DNA of 64,000 nucleotides from Pseudomonadota bacterium (GCA_021325135.1 JAJPHT010000030.1:96001-160000), one strand, 5' to 3'; numbered from the stretch's first letter, positions 36,340-46,181 are shown. Numbers and translations: made by a program. The notes: generated from the letters alone by a model not told the origin.

Positions 36340-39009
36340 CTAGCGGCGCCGCCTGCGGAAGCTTCCCTCCACCGGGTCATCGGGAGGCGGGGCGGGCTCG
36401 AGGTGGAAGTTGATCGTCGGAGCCATGCTCGCAGGCGGGGCCTCTCGGGAATGGCGGTGGAAGATGCGCTTGAGGAGGCCGCGCTTCTCGCCGTAGACGG
36501 TGGGTGCCGCAATGGTGGGCTCGATTCCCCAACGCAAGAGGGGAACGGGGCTCTCGTGGCTCAGGAGGCCGCGTTGTCGGGCGAACCAGAAGAGGGCCAA
36601 GAGCGCCGCCCCGAGGAGGCTCGTGATAAAGATGAAACCAGTCGTCCCGTGGAAGAGGCTGAAGCCGACGCCCCCGGCCGCGTCGGAGGCGCTTGTGGCC
36701 GCGTTCTTGGCCTGCGTGACGAGCTTGTCGGTCGTGCTCGTCGCGCCCGCGTCCGTTGTGCCTTGGGGCGGCGAGACGGTTCTCTGCTCGCCAGCACCTG
36801 CACCATCAACGCTGCCTCCTGGCGCGCTCGTGCCTTGGGTCGTGGCCTCGTTGCCGCTGCTGGACTGGACGAAGAGCTGGAGGGGCGTCTCGCAGTTGGT
36901 GTAGACACCCGTGATGGGCTCGCGGTACGCGTTGACCTTCACGAGCTCGACGCAAGGGCTGTACGAGCCGCTCAAGAAAGCGTGCGCGCCCAAGGTGAGG
37001 GTCTGAGCCCCGTTACAAGCCAAGGGAGGAGGTTTTTCGGCGCGGCTTCCGTCTGTCCAGTGGATGGTGGCCTGGATGTAGCCCGGCAAGCCCATGCACT
37101 CGATGTCGGCCAGGAGGCTGACGCGGTCGCCAGGATGGACATGGTTGGCGCTCAGGCGCGTCGTGAGGACCTTGACGAGGTTGGCGTCGGCGGGATCGCC
37201 CACGTTGAGCGTCAACTGGACGGGGTCGCTCTTGACGAAGTCCGTCCCCACCTTGTAGGCGCCCACCGCACGGAAGACCTCGTAGTAGAACCCCGAGGGG
37301 AGGTCGATGGTGGGCGTTTCCCAGTCGAACTCGTTGCTCGTGACGCTGATCTCGCCTTTGAGGGGCGCGCCCTCGAGCGTGATGGTGGGCACGACGCGGG
37401 TCATGTCGTCGCCTGCGTCGGCGTCGGTGAGGCTGATGTGGAAGGTGAGGGTGCCCTTGCCGGCGAGGATGCGTCCAGCGGCGTCTTGGTTGCTGCCCCC
37501 GACGAGTTGGACGTTGAGCTTGGGGTAGTGGACGGGCATCTCGAAGCTGCCCGAGGCCGTGCCCGGATCCATGCCGGCGCGCGTGGCGCTCAGGACGTAG
37601 TGGATGGTGCCGCGGCAGTCCACGACGTAGTCGAACTCGTACGCGCCCGCCAAGTCGGACCCCGTGGCGGGGTGGCCCAAGACCGTCTGGCCTTCCTGGT
37701 TGCAGTCGCTCGTGAAGGTGGCCGCCATCCCATCGGGCGCCGCGCTGGGCCTCGCATAGAGGGCGGCTTTGCCTCCCAGCGGGACGGTGTCGAGGCTCTG
37801 GCCGTGGAAGCCCAGGACGTCGATGGCGAGCTTGCCCAAGAGGGGTCCGACGATGCTCGTGACGGCGTTGACGCCGCCCGCGGGGGGACCCAAGGGGGGC
37901 TGCATGTCGATGATGAGGCTCGTGCCGCCCGTCTGGACGGGATCGATGATGAAGTCGCAGTAGAGCTCGCAGACGGCTCCCCTGGCGAGTCGGGCGTTGA
38001 GGTTGAGGGCCATCTTTTCTGCGGGGGCCGGTGGATCGACCTTGGCCTGGGCCACGGGGTCCTCCTTCTGGGAGCTGGTGGGGGGCGCGTGGGCCGCGGC
38101 GTTGGCGGCGGGCGCGATCCACGAGGCGCACGGCGCGGGGGGTTGGCAGACGAAGTCGAGCCCGAAGGTGAACATGCGGCCGACGTTGCAGAAGATCCCG
38201 CAGGGGGAGCCGACTTGGACGTTGTCTGGCGTGGGAGGCGAGGGGACCGGAGTCGGGGGCGGGGGAGGCTTGGCGGGGGCGGGCGTCCAGCTCGTGTGGC
38301 AGAGGCTCCAGTTGCATTCCTTCGAGTCCGCGAGGTACGTGCTCTCCGACGTGCTCGTGTCGCTCACGTACGCCGCATAGGCCCGTTGGGCCGCGGGCGT
38401 GATGAAGCCACACAGGAAGCCCAGGTCGCAGCCGTCCTCGTCGAGGGCCCGGGCGGAGGCCAAGGGCGTGGCGAGGACGAGCAGGAGCATGAGCGCGACG
38501 AGCTGGGTGGCGCGGCGGTGCCGACGCTGCTTCCCCTCTCGCTGGGTACGAGCCCCGCGGAAGCCACCCCCAAGGCTGAGGGTCTCGGCCATGCTATCGC
38601 CCACCTGACGGCCCCGGATGAAGGCGGGCAGCCAGATGAGGAGCAACGCGAGGGTGACGAGGAGGAACCAGGCGCCGGTCAGGAAGAGCTTGCCGATCAT
38701 GAAGTAGGTCCCCACGAGGGCGAGGCTGAGGGCCCAGCGCGCCTCGCCGGGCGTGATTTCCGTGCCGGTGTTGAAGGCGAAGTAGATGACGGGGACGCAG
38801 ACGAGGGTGGGCCCCAAGAGGCTCCCGAAGAAGATCATGAGCCCCACCCACGCCACGAACGCGCCGGCGCCCACGAGGATCTTGGCGCGCACGTCCAAGT
38901 GGCTGCCCCACTTCGCCAAGAGCCGATCGGGCGCTTCGACGCGGAACGCGCCATGGGCGCGGCGAGACGCGCGTGGGGAACGAGGAGGGGGGTGGGTGGG
39001 CTTGCGCAT
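36340..39009 (-). CDS. Membrane-anchored Cys-rich surface protein; possibly an in-frame fusion of a small TM protein and a secreted protein
   Basis: N-terminal 3-4 TM segments; internal signal peptide RRHRRATQLVALMLLLVLATPLASARA; Cys-rich and Ig/PKD-like ectodomain; C-terminal TM and basic tail. Confidence 0.82.
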   Translation of the reverse strand: MRKPTHPPPRSPRASRRAHGAFRVEAPDRLLAKWGSHLDVRAKILVGAGAFVAWVGLMIFFGSLLGPTLVCVPVIYFAFNTGTEITPGEARWALSLALVGTYFMIGKLFLTGAWFLLVTLALLLIWLPAFIRGRQVGDSMAETLSLGGGFRGARTQREGKQRRHRRATQLVALMLLLVLATPLASARALDEDGCDLGFLCGFITPAAQRAYAAYVSDTSTSESTYLADSKECNWSLCHTSWTPAPAKPPPPPTPVPSPPTPDNVQVGSPCGIFCNVGRMFTFGLDFVCQPPAPCASWIAPAANAAAHAPPTSSQKEDPVAQAKVDPPAPAEKMALNLNARLARGAVCELYCDFIIDPVQTGGTSLIIDMQPPLGPPAGGVNAVTSIVGPLLGKLAIDVLGFHGQSLDTVPLGGKAALYARPSAAPDGMAATFTSDCNQEGQTVLGHPATGSDLAGAYEFDYVVDCRGTIHYVLSATRAGMDPGTASGSFEMPVHYPKLNVQLVGGSNQDAAGRILAGKGTLTFHISLTDADAGDDMTRVVPTITLEGAPLKGEISVTSNEFDWETPTIDLPSGFYYEVFRAVGAYKVGTDFVKSDPVQLTLNVGDPADANLVKVLTTRLSANHVHPGDRVSLLADIECMGLPGYIQATIHWTDGSRAEKPPPLACNGAQTLTLGAHAFLSGSYSPCVELVKVNAYREPITGVYTNCETPLQLFVQSSSGNEATTQGTSAPGGSVDGAGAGEQRTVSPPQGTTDAGATSTTDKLVTQAKNAATSASDAAGGVGFSLFHGTTGFIFITSLLGAALLALFWFARQRGLLSHESPVPLLRWGIEPTIAAPTVYGEKRGLLKRIFHRHSREAPPASMAPTINFHLEPAPPPDDPVEGSFRRRRR

Positions 39010-39042
39010 GCCGATCCGCGCGAAGCCTACTCGAAGTCCTTC

Positions 39043-39540
39043 TTATGGGCGTCGGCGACTTTGGTGGGCCTCTCCTCGCAAGAAGCGGTGAGCTTGCCCC
39101 GCGCGCGCCCCGATCGCGTGGAGGGCTTCCTCGCCGCTCTTCTTGGCCTCGCGAAGCTCCTCGGGCGCCTGCGCGGCCTTCGCGACGGGGTGCCGCGCCA
39201 AGCGCTGAGCCGTGGCGAAGAGGGGCCCGCGCCAGATGATGGCGAGGCCAGGCAGGCTCAGGAGGATGGCTAGGAGGGGGCCGAAGTGGTCGCTGTAGAG
39301 GAGCGCTTGGAGGGCCACCGCGGCGGTGAGAAGGAGGCGTTCTTGGTGCTCATCGAGGTAGTCCTCCTCGATCCATATGGCGGCCAGGCTGAGCACGACG
39401 GCGCCCAAGGGGAGCAGGAGGGCGTCGAACTCGATGATGCGCAGGAGGGTCAGCGTCGTGCTGGCAAGGCTCAGGAGGAGCTTGCCCAGGAAGGCGTTGC
39501 GGTGCCGGCGCCAGGCCTGGAGGCGCGTGGCGTGGCTCAC
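39043..39540 (-). CDS. Small 4-TM membrane protein
   Basis: GTG 39540 overlaps the upstream TGA (GTGA); four hydrophobic segments. Confidence 0.7.
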   Translation of the reverse strand: MSHATRLQAWRRHRNAFLGKLLLSLASTTLTLLRIIEFDALLLPLGAVVLSLAAIWIEEDYLDEHQERLLLTAAVALQALLYSDHFGPLLAILLSLPGLAIIWRGPLFATAQRLARHPVAKAAQAPEELREAKKSGEEALHAIGARAGQAHRFLRGEAHQSRRRP

Positions 39541-41198
39541 GAGGCTTGGCCTCCTTGGAGGGCGAGGATGGCCCCGCCGATGAAGCCCAAGAGGATGAGA
39601 AGACCCAGGAGGAGGCGGAACCAGTCCGGCTTGCCATCGGGACTGCTGGGCGCGACGAAGGTCGTCGTGGCCTTGTCGATGCAGTCGGGCCAGCCGTTCT
39701 TGTTGAGATCCTGTTGGCAGTTCGTGTCGGTCGTGCGGTCCGTGTTGGGCACGTTGCCGTTCGCGTCCGTGATGTCGAAGTGCAGGTAGAGGTCGGTCTT
39801 GACACTCCCGTCGCTGGCGCGCAGGACGTACGCGTAGTGCCCGGCGGGGAGGGGATGGTCTTGCGTGTTGAGCGTGACGCGGTCGGTCGCGTCGTGGGGC
39901 AAGTCGGCGTATTGGTGGCCGGCGGTCTTGAGGCTGCCCAGCCAGAGGGCCCATGTGTCGAGGCCTTGGTCCGCGTGGAGGCGGAAGCTGATCGTGAAGG
40001 CTTCCCCCGTTGCGTAGGCGAGCCGCTCCGTCGCGTCAGGCGTCAAGAGCGTGATGGTGACGTGGCGCGTCCCGTACCCGTTGGTGGACGTGCCGCCGCC
40101 ATCGGGGCCCGCGCCGTTGTTGTTGGGCGGTCCGCCAGGCGGCGAGGAAGAAGGGTCGGGCGTGTTGGGGGCGTCGTTCTGGTCGGGGGTGGACTTGACG
40201 CCGTTGGTGGCCAGGCTAGCGCCCGTGCTGGGGCTGATATGGTCGCTCGCACTTTCGATGACGTCGCCGCCCTTGGTCGTGACGCGGGCGAGAAGGCTGG
40301 CCTTGCCCGCGACTTTGCCCTCCGCGCTGAGGGCTCGTCCCGTCGTCTCGTAGACAGTGGCGCGGAGGTTGGGCGCGGTCCAGCGCATGGCCTTCACATC
40401 AGCCCGAGGGATGCTGTCGATCAGTTCGTCGGTCGTCATGCCCGCGTTGCCGATGCGGCGCGCGGCGGTGGGATTGACGCGGTCCCATGCCTGGAGGCGG
40501 AGGTTCTTGCTCGCCTCGACCGCGTCTTGGCCGGCTTGCTTGGTGTTGCCCGTGAAGACGGTCTTCACGACGCCTCCGGCCTTGGTCTCGCTGAGGCCCG
40601 AGAAGAGGCTCTTGAAGACGCCCGCGCCTTCGTCGCGCGCGGCTTGGTACCCGGCCTTGTAGCCTTGCGAGTCGGCGGCCACGACGGGGATGGCACTGCC
40701 CACGAAGTCGAGCGCCATGCCGGCCGTCTCCACCAAGCCCTGTCCGCTCATGCCGACGTTGTCATGGCGGGCATCTTGGACCCACGCCTTGGTGCTCCCC
40801 CAGTTGGCGGTGAGGCAGTCGTCGTAGAATTGCTCACCCGTCTGGAAGCACTCTCCCCGCTTCGTGACGAGGCTCGTGCCCACGCCCACCCCCGTGCTGA
40901 GGCCCGCGGCGGCAATGCAGGGCGTGGCGGCGATCTCGGCGAAGACGACCGCGCAGGCACCGTAGGCCAGCGCCGTGCCCACGACGGGGACGGCGTGGTC
41001 GCAGCTGGGGAGCCAACTCACGCTGTCGAGGCCGTCGCAGACGCTGCCGAAGATGCTGGTTCCCCACCCCAGGGTGGTGAAGGTCTCCTCGCCCACGCGC
41101 GCAGGCGGGGGTGGGAAGCAGGCGCTCAGGAGTTGGAGCGCGAGGAGGAGGCTCAGGGCGAGGCTCATGGCGGGGTCGGGGCGTGGGGCGGACGTCAT
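39537..41198 (-). CDS. Secreted/lipoprotein with Gly/Ala-rich hydrophobic hairpin, Ig-like domain and C-terminal TM anchor
   Basis: ATG 41198 overlaps the upstream TGA; signal with LLSAC; Cys-flanked Gly/Ala hairpin; DLNKNGWPD Ca-binding-like loop; terminal TM. Confidence 0.8.
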   Translation of the reverse strand: MTSAPRPDPAMSLALSLLLALQLLSACFPPPPARVGEETFTTLGWGTSIFGSVCDGLDSVSWLPSCDHAVPVVGTALAYGACAVVFAEIAATPCIAAAGLSTGVGVGTSLVTKRGECFQTGEQFYDDCLTANWGSTKAWVQDARHDNVGMSGQGLVETAGMALDFVGSAIPVVAADSQGYKAGYQAARDEGAGVFKSLFSGLSETKAGGVVKTVFTGNTKQAGQDAVEASKNLRLQAWDRVNPTAARRIGNAGMTTDELIDSIPRADVKAMRWTAPNLRATVYETTGRALSAEGKVAGKASLLARVTTKGGDVIESASDHISPSTGASLATNGVKSTPDQNDAPNTPDPSSSPPGGPPNNNGAGPDGGGTSTNGYGTRHVTITLLTPDATERLAYATGEAFTISFRLHADQGLDTWALWLGSLKTAGHQYADLPHDATDRVTLNTQDHPLPAGHYAYVLRASDGSVKTDLYLHFDITDANGNVPNTDRTTDTNCQQDLNKNGWPDCIDKATTTFVAPSSPDGKPDWFRLLLGLLILLGFIGGAILALQGGQAS

Positions 41199-42853
41199 GT
41201 TGGGCTCCCCTGGGTGGGACTGGTGGTGCACGATGTGTCGGTGGGCGCGGCTTGGCAGTAGAGCTCGTGGAGCCATCCTCCCGCGCCTTCGGGGTGGAGC
41301 GTCCAGAAGTCCTCGCACGTCGTCGGCGGCGGGTCGCCGTTCTTCAGGGCGAAGGCTTGCAGGTCTTGGCAGGTGAGGGCCATCTTGCTGATGGTGGGGA
41401 ACTGGAACGCGCTCGTGTCCCAGAAAGGTCCGTTGACGAGGTGGGCGCTGGCGTCGATGGCGTAGTAGTGCGGCAGGCCAAGGTCCACGCTGCCGCTCGT
41501 GGGGTCGGCGTGGTAGTGGCTGAAGAGACTCAAGAGGTAGCTGAGTTGAGGAATGTGGAGGACCGTGATGCGCAGGATGGGCTTGCTGTACTCGGCTCCT
41601 GGCACGTAGCGGCCAATCGTCTTCCAGACGTTGTCGTAGATGAACGCCGTCAGGGCGTTGGTGGCGCCGATTGCGAGGTTCGAGACGAGGTAGAAGAGCC
41701 CGCCTCCAAGCCAGAGCACGCCGTTGAGGCCGCCAAGGAGGAGGTTGGCGAGGCTCGCGAAGAGCACCATGCCCGCCTGCAGGAGAAGCGCGAGGCTGCC
41801 GTACCACCCAATGAACCAGAACGTGCTCAAGAAGAGCAGGAGGACGACGATGAGGCGCAGCTTGAGGGCCCAGCGCGCCTCGCGCCAAAGCACGATGAGA
41901 CTGCCCAAGAGCGTGTCCTGGCGCTTGTAGGGGAGGGCGTCGCGCGCCGCGGCGAGCTGTTGTTCAAGCTCGATGCGTTCTTCGTCGTTCCGCGTCTGCG
42001 AGAGGCGCCGTTGGAGGCGTTGGATGCGCCACGAGACGAGGTTCTGCTTGGTGAGGAACTTGGCCGCGCCCCACACGGTGCGGGGGGCCAATGAGGCGCC
42101 TTGCACGGCGATGCGGCTCAAGAGGGGGCCCTTGCCGCGCGTCTTCTCGTGCTCGCGCATCGCGCGCAGCATGTTGGGGGTGAGGATTTGGACGCCGTAG
42201 CGCTCGGTGAGCTTGCGAAGAGCTGCTTCTTCGGTGGTCTGCGTATCCACGTCGTGGACGGTGAAGCCGAGGCCTTGCTTGATGCGGCTCGTCCATCGCC
42301 TCGCACGCCCCAGGGGCGTCGCGGAGGGGTGGGTCCGCAGCTTGGCCAAGCGACCCAAACCGTCCTTGGTCAATGGGTGGAACGTGGCGGGGTCTTGCGT
42401 CGCGTCAAGGCGGAGGCGAGACTTGGCGAGGCTCTCGCTGGTCGTGGCAGCGCTTACGCGACGGGGTTGGAGAAGGTCGCGCTCGATGGTGCGTTGGCGG
42501 CTCGCGCTGGTCTCCTTGCGGGCGGCCTGGACGATGCGGCGGACCTCGTCTTCACTGATGCCTTGGCCGTAGAGGCGGCGGACGAAGGCGGGGCTGCTCA
42601 AGGCGTAAGGGACGAAGTAGGGACGGGCGTCCTCGAGGCTCACGTGCCCTTCCAGCCCACTCGCGGTGATTTCGCGGGTGACGTAGTCGAGGGTCTCCTC
42701 GACGTCGCGCAATCGGCCCGCCTCTTGGGCGGCTTCGAAGACTTGCTCGTAATTCTCCAGGATCCGGGCCTTCTGGTAGAGGGCCTCGGCCTCGTTGGGC
42801 CGGCCGGCCAGGAAGCGGCGACGGATCTGGTCGGCCAGGCGCGAGTCGCTCAG
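41195..42853 (-). CDS. Large membrane protein, paralogue 3 (basic helical N-domain plus long hydrophobic region)
   Basis: The protein-like part of ORF 41195..43393 begins at the CTGA overlap with the upstream stop. Its hydrophobic block aligns with those of 43329-46181 and 46182-48653. Confidence 0.75.
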   Translation of the reverse strand: MSDSRLADQIRRRFLAGRPNEAEALYQKARILENYEQVFEAAQEAGRLRDVEETLDYVTREITASGLEGHVSLEDARPYFVPYALSSPAFVRRLYGQGISEDEVRRIVQAARKETSASRQRTIERDLLQPRRVSAATTSESLAKSRLRLDATQDPATFHPLTKDGLGRLAKLRTHPSATPLGRARRWTSRIKQGLGFTVHDVDTQTTEEAALRKLTERYGVQILTPNMLRAMREHEKTRGKGPLLSRIAVQGASLAPRTVWGAAKFLTKQNLVSWRIQRLQRRLSQTRNDEERIELEQQLAAARDALPYKRQDTLLGSLIVLWREARWALKLRLIVVLLLFLSTFWFIGWYGSLALLLQAGMVLFASLANLLLGGLNGVLWLGGGLFYLVSNLAIGATNALTAFIYDNVWKTIGRYVPGAEYSKPILRITVLHIPQLSYLLSLFSHYHADPTSGSVDLGLPHYYAIDASAHLVNGPFWDTSAFQFPTISKMALTCQDLQAFALKNGDPPPTTCEDFWTLHPEGAGGWLHELYCQAAPTDTSCTTSPTQGSPT

Positions 42854-43332
42854 CGTCCCACCCCCAAGAAGCGCAGGAAGCCGCGCAGGCCGTCTTGGAC
42901 GCGCGCTCGGACGGAGCGCGCGCGGGGGGCGCGTTCGAGGCGGTGGAAGAGGGGCAGGGTCTCGCGGTAGGCTCGTCCTTGGGGAGTCCGGTAGGGTAGA
43001 CGTGCGAGGTGGCGCTTCTCGTCGTGCATGGCGCGCCGGTGGCCTTGCAGGACTGTCTTGCCCTTCACGACCCAGGCAATCTCGGTGAACTCGTGGTGGA
43101 GCGCCTCTTTCTTGAGCGGCACGGGCTCGCCCAGGAAAAGGTGGATCGTGCCGCGCAGGCCGCGCCTGGTGCTGCCTCGTCCCACCCAGCCGGCGTAGTC
43201 GTCCGGGTAGGCTTTGTGGGGCGTGTGGACGACGCGGATGTGGCGGGGCAGTTTGATGCGCTGCTCGCGCTCGACTTGGGCGCGCACGTCGCGGATTTCT
43301 TGGCGCGTGAGGGCGCGGTAGGCGTCCTTCAT
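42850..43332 (-). CDS. Small soluble zincin-like protein (HExxE..H)
   Basis: ATGA coupling; beta strand TIHLF, then ALHHEFTE, then GHRRA. Confidence 0.65.
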   Translation of the reverse strand: MKDAYRALTRQEIRDVRAQVEREQRIKLPRHIRVVHTPHKAYPDDYAGWVGRGSTRRGLRGTIHLFLGEPVPLKKEALHHEFTEIAWVVKGKTVLQGHRRAMHDEKRHLARLPYRTPQGRAYRETLPLFHRLERAPRARSVRARVQDGLRGFLRFLGVGR

Positions 43333-46181
43333 GAGGCGGGGCCTCCGTCGAAGGTGGGCAGGCTCGTGTTGAGGACGGCTTGCTCAGCGGCATCGGCCAA
43401 GGCGCGGCCGGGGCCCTCGAGGATGCGCGTCGTGCCGGTGCGGAACAGGTCGGCCGCTTGCTTGTAGAAGTTCGAGTCCACGAGGTGGACCTGCGCGAAG
43501 AAGGCGGGCAAGGCGAGCAGCGTGATGCCCGTGGCGATGAGCAGGCGCTTCCACCAGTCGTCGTCCTCCATCAAGAGAAAAGGCCAGACGAGGACCAAGA
43601 GGAGGGCGGCAGCGAGGATCCACGCGGCATTCACGGTGCTGAGGAAGTCGAGCAGGGCGCTGGCGATGCTGTTGTTGTGGAAGATGGTCGGGTAGAAGAA
43701 GCGCAGGTCGATGAGTGGCGTGGCCTTCGCGGTCGCCACGCCGAAGTGGAAGTGGAGGCTCTGGTAGGCGCAGTCGGGCTGGTTGATGCCCGTCTCGCAG
43801 AGGCCCAAGGCGCCGAAGAAGTAGGCCGCACCCTTGTCGAGGGCGCCCTCGATGGCGCTGCCCAGGATGTTGAGGAAGCCCAGGAAGCCGAAGAGGACGA
43901 GGCTGAAGACCTCGACGAGGATCTCGTAGATGATGTTGATGATGAACGCCACGACGCTTGCCAGCATCCAACCCGCGAGTTCGCCCACGCCCAGGGGAAC
44001 CATGAGGGGGCCTAGCGTCATGGCGAGGCTGAGCGTCCACCGGACTGGGTCGCTGAAGGTGTACCAGAGTTCCCACGCGCTGCTGCGCGCGATCCGTTGA
44101 GCCTTCTTGGCTTCTCGGGCTTGGCGTTGGACGAGCTTGGCTTGGCGGCGCCAGAGCCACGAGAAGCCCGCGACTTTCAGCGAGTCGGCGACGTGGTCGG
44201 TGGCGGCCTCGAATCCAGTGTTGGAGCGCACGCTCTTCAGGCCAGTGCGGACTGGGCGCGCGATGCTCCGATCGAAGGCGATGCCGGTCTTGCGGGCCGT
44301 GAGCTTCGTGCGCGTCGCGATTCCACGCGCCCACCCGAAGGGTCCGCGAGGGTTGAGGCCGCCCGCGTCATAGTCGTTCGTGGGGGATTCGTCCGCGAGG
44401 ATTCGTTCCATGGCGCGGATTTCGCCCTTCGTCTTGCGGATGTCATCGAGCACGGTTTGCCGCTCGACACCGCTCGTGCGGCTCGCGAGCTTCTCGTATT
44501 CATGGAGGAGATCTTGGCGGGAGCGGAGACGCGATTCGAGTTCGTCATGTTTGGCAATGCGCGAGCGCATTCGGGGCAGGTTGCGCAGGAAGGCCGTGGC
44601 GTTGGCTCGGGCGTCGGGGTCCGTGGAGGTGCGCAGCGTCTTGCGCGCGTCTCGCTCGCCTTCGACCATGTCTTCGTAGGTCGTGATTGTCTCGCCACGC
44701 TGCCTCTCGCGCTCTGCCGCGCGCTCCTTGGCCTGCTGTGTGGCGCGCTTCGTCTCGATCGCAGCTACCTTCTTCAGGCTCTGGAGCTGCTTGCGGTTCT
44801 GCTCCAATTCTCGAAGGCGGTCGTGGACTTCCCCGAGGAGTTCGTCGCGCTCAGGGAGATTGAGGCGCCGGCCCTGCTCATCGAGACTCTTGGCTTTGGT
44901 GCTCAGCTTGGCGATGTGCCCCTCCAAGTCGCGCAGGTCACGCTCCAAGGCTTCGAGCTCGGGTTCCGTCTTGGGCGCGCGCTGGAGGGCTTGGGCAACG
45001 TGAGCGCTGAGAGTCTTGGCTTCTTGGCCCAGTTGAGCCCGGAACGCGGCGACGGTGCGGTTGTAGGCGCTCTTCTTGGCTGGTTCGATTTGGGCCTTGA
45101 GGAGGTTGACGTAGTCGCCGGCTTCAGCCAGCTTGACGAGGCGCGTGCGCAATCGGCGCGCTTCGAGTTGGTTGCGTGCAGCGAGAGCTTGCGCGGCCAC
45201 GTCTCGGATCTCGACGCCCAAGGCGGTGTGGAGTTGTTCGAGCCGACCTAGGTTGATGTCGTCCCCTTGCGTGCCGAGGATGCTCTCTCGGATGGGAGCC
45301 CCCCAGACGGCTTGGGCCGTGTTGAGCCAGTCTTGGTTGGCCTTGTTCTGGAAAACGTCGCGATCGAGGGCTTCGCGCAGGTCATCGAGGTCGCGCGCGC
45401 TCTTGATGCGAACTTGGTTGGGGTGGGCGCGCTTCCATGCGATGTGGGCGAAGGCGTGACTCTGCCGCACTTGGGGTGGGACGCTCGTGGCGACGCTGGT
45501 GCCCGTGAGGCCAGCACGTGCTCCGGGCCGCGTGGACGACGGATTGGCCGGGGTGGCTGCGTCGAGGGTGATGCGGCGGTTCTGGGCGAAGACTTGGAGG
45601 CGCCGGATCAGGTCGCGAGCGCGGGCGGGCCGATTGTCGCTCGCCTCAAGGGCGCGCAGCTCCTTGAGTGTCCTCTCCAGTTGGGGCTGGAGGGAAGGAC
45701 CCGCGGCTTGGGTCTTGCCCCACCGTTCGAGGTCGTGCGTGATGCGCTCGTAGCTCGTGGTGAGCCAGTCGTCGATGGCCTCGGGCTGCTCGGCCAAGAG
45801 GTTGAGCGCGTTCTTGACGTGGGCCAAGCCGGCCTTGACGACGTGCTCGCTGGCGCCGTAGGACTCTCCTGCGCGCCGAATTTCCTCCGCGCTGGTTTCG
45901 AGATCCTGCCTGAGCCTCTCTCGGTCCGCGGTGCTCAATCCGTGCGCGCGCTTGAGCGTGTCCGTGAGGGTTTGGACGTGACGTTCATGCCGATCGACGA
46001 AGATGTTCGCCAGGTAGTTGCCCTGCGGGCGTGCGGCGGGATCCTTGGCTCGCCACTCGCGGGAGGACTCTTCCAGGCGGCGTTCCCAGCCTTGGTCGGG
46101 CTCTTCGAAGAGCCGCATGCTGCCGCGAAAGAAGAAGCGTCGCAAGCGGCCCAAGCCCGCGTTGGGCTTCTGCTTCGCCAC
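43329..46181 (-). CDS. Large membrane protein, paralogue 2 (long coiled-coil N-domain plus TM region)
   Basis: 950 aa; ~700-aa charged helical region, then MVPLG..AGW..AFIIN hydrophobic block and further TM segments. Confidence 0.85.
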   Translation of the reverse strand: MAKQKPNAGLGRLRRFFFRGSMRLFEEPDQGWERRLEESSREWRAKDPAARPQGNYLANIFVDRHERHVQTLTDTLKRAHGLSTADRERLRQDLETSAEEIRRAGESYGASEHVVKAGLAHVKNALNLLAEQPEAIDDWLTTSYERITHDLERWGKTQAAGPSLQPQLERTLKELRALEASDNRPARARDLIRRLQVFAQNRRITLDAATPANPSSTRPGARAGLTGTSVATSVPPQVRQSHAFAHIAWKRAHPNQVRIKSARDLDDLREALDRDVFQNKANQDWLNTAQAVWGAPIRESILGTQGDDINLGRLEQLHTALGVEIRDVAAQALAARNQLEARRLRTRLVKLAEAGDYVNLLKAQIEPAKKSAYNRTVAAFRAQLGQEAKTLSAHVAQALQRAPKTEPELEALERDLRDLEGHIAKLSTKAKSLDEQGRRLNLPERDELLGEVHDRLRELEQNRKQLQSLKKVAAIETKRATQQAKERAAERERQRGETITTYEDMVEGERDARKTLRTSTDPDARANATAFLRNLPRMRSRIAKHDELESRLRSRQDLLHEYEKLASRTSGVERQTVLDDIRKTKGEIRAMERILADESPTNDYDAGGLNPRGPFGWARGIATRTKLTARKTGIAFDRSIARPVRTGLKSVRSNTGFEAATDHVADSLKVAGFSWLWRRQAKLVQRQAREAKKAQRIARSSAWELWYTFSDPVRWTLSLAMTLGPLMVPLGVGELAGWMLASVVAFIINIIYEILVEVFSLVLFGFLGFLNILGSAIEGALDKGAAYFFGALGLCETGINQPDCAYQSLHFHFGVATAKATPLIDLRFFYPTIFHNNSIASALLDFLSTVNAAWILAAALLLVLVWPFLLMEDDDWWKRLLIATGITLLALPAFFAQVHLVDSNFYKQAADLFRTGTTRILEGPGRALADAAEQAVLNTSLPTFDGGPAS

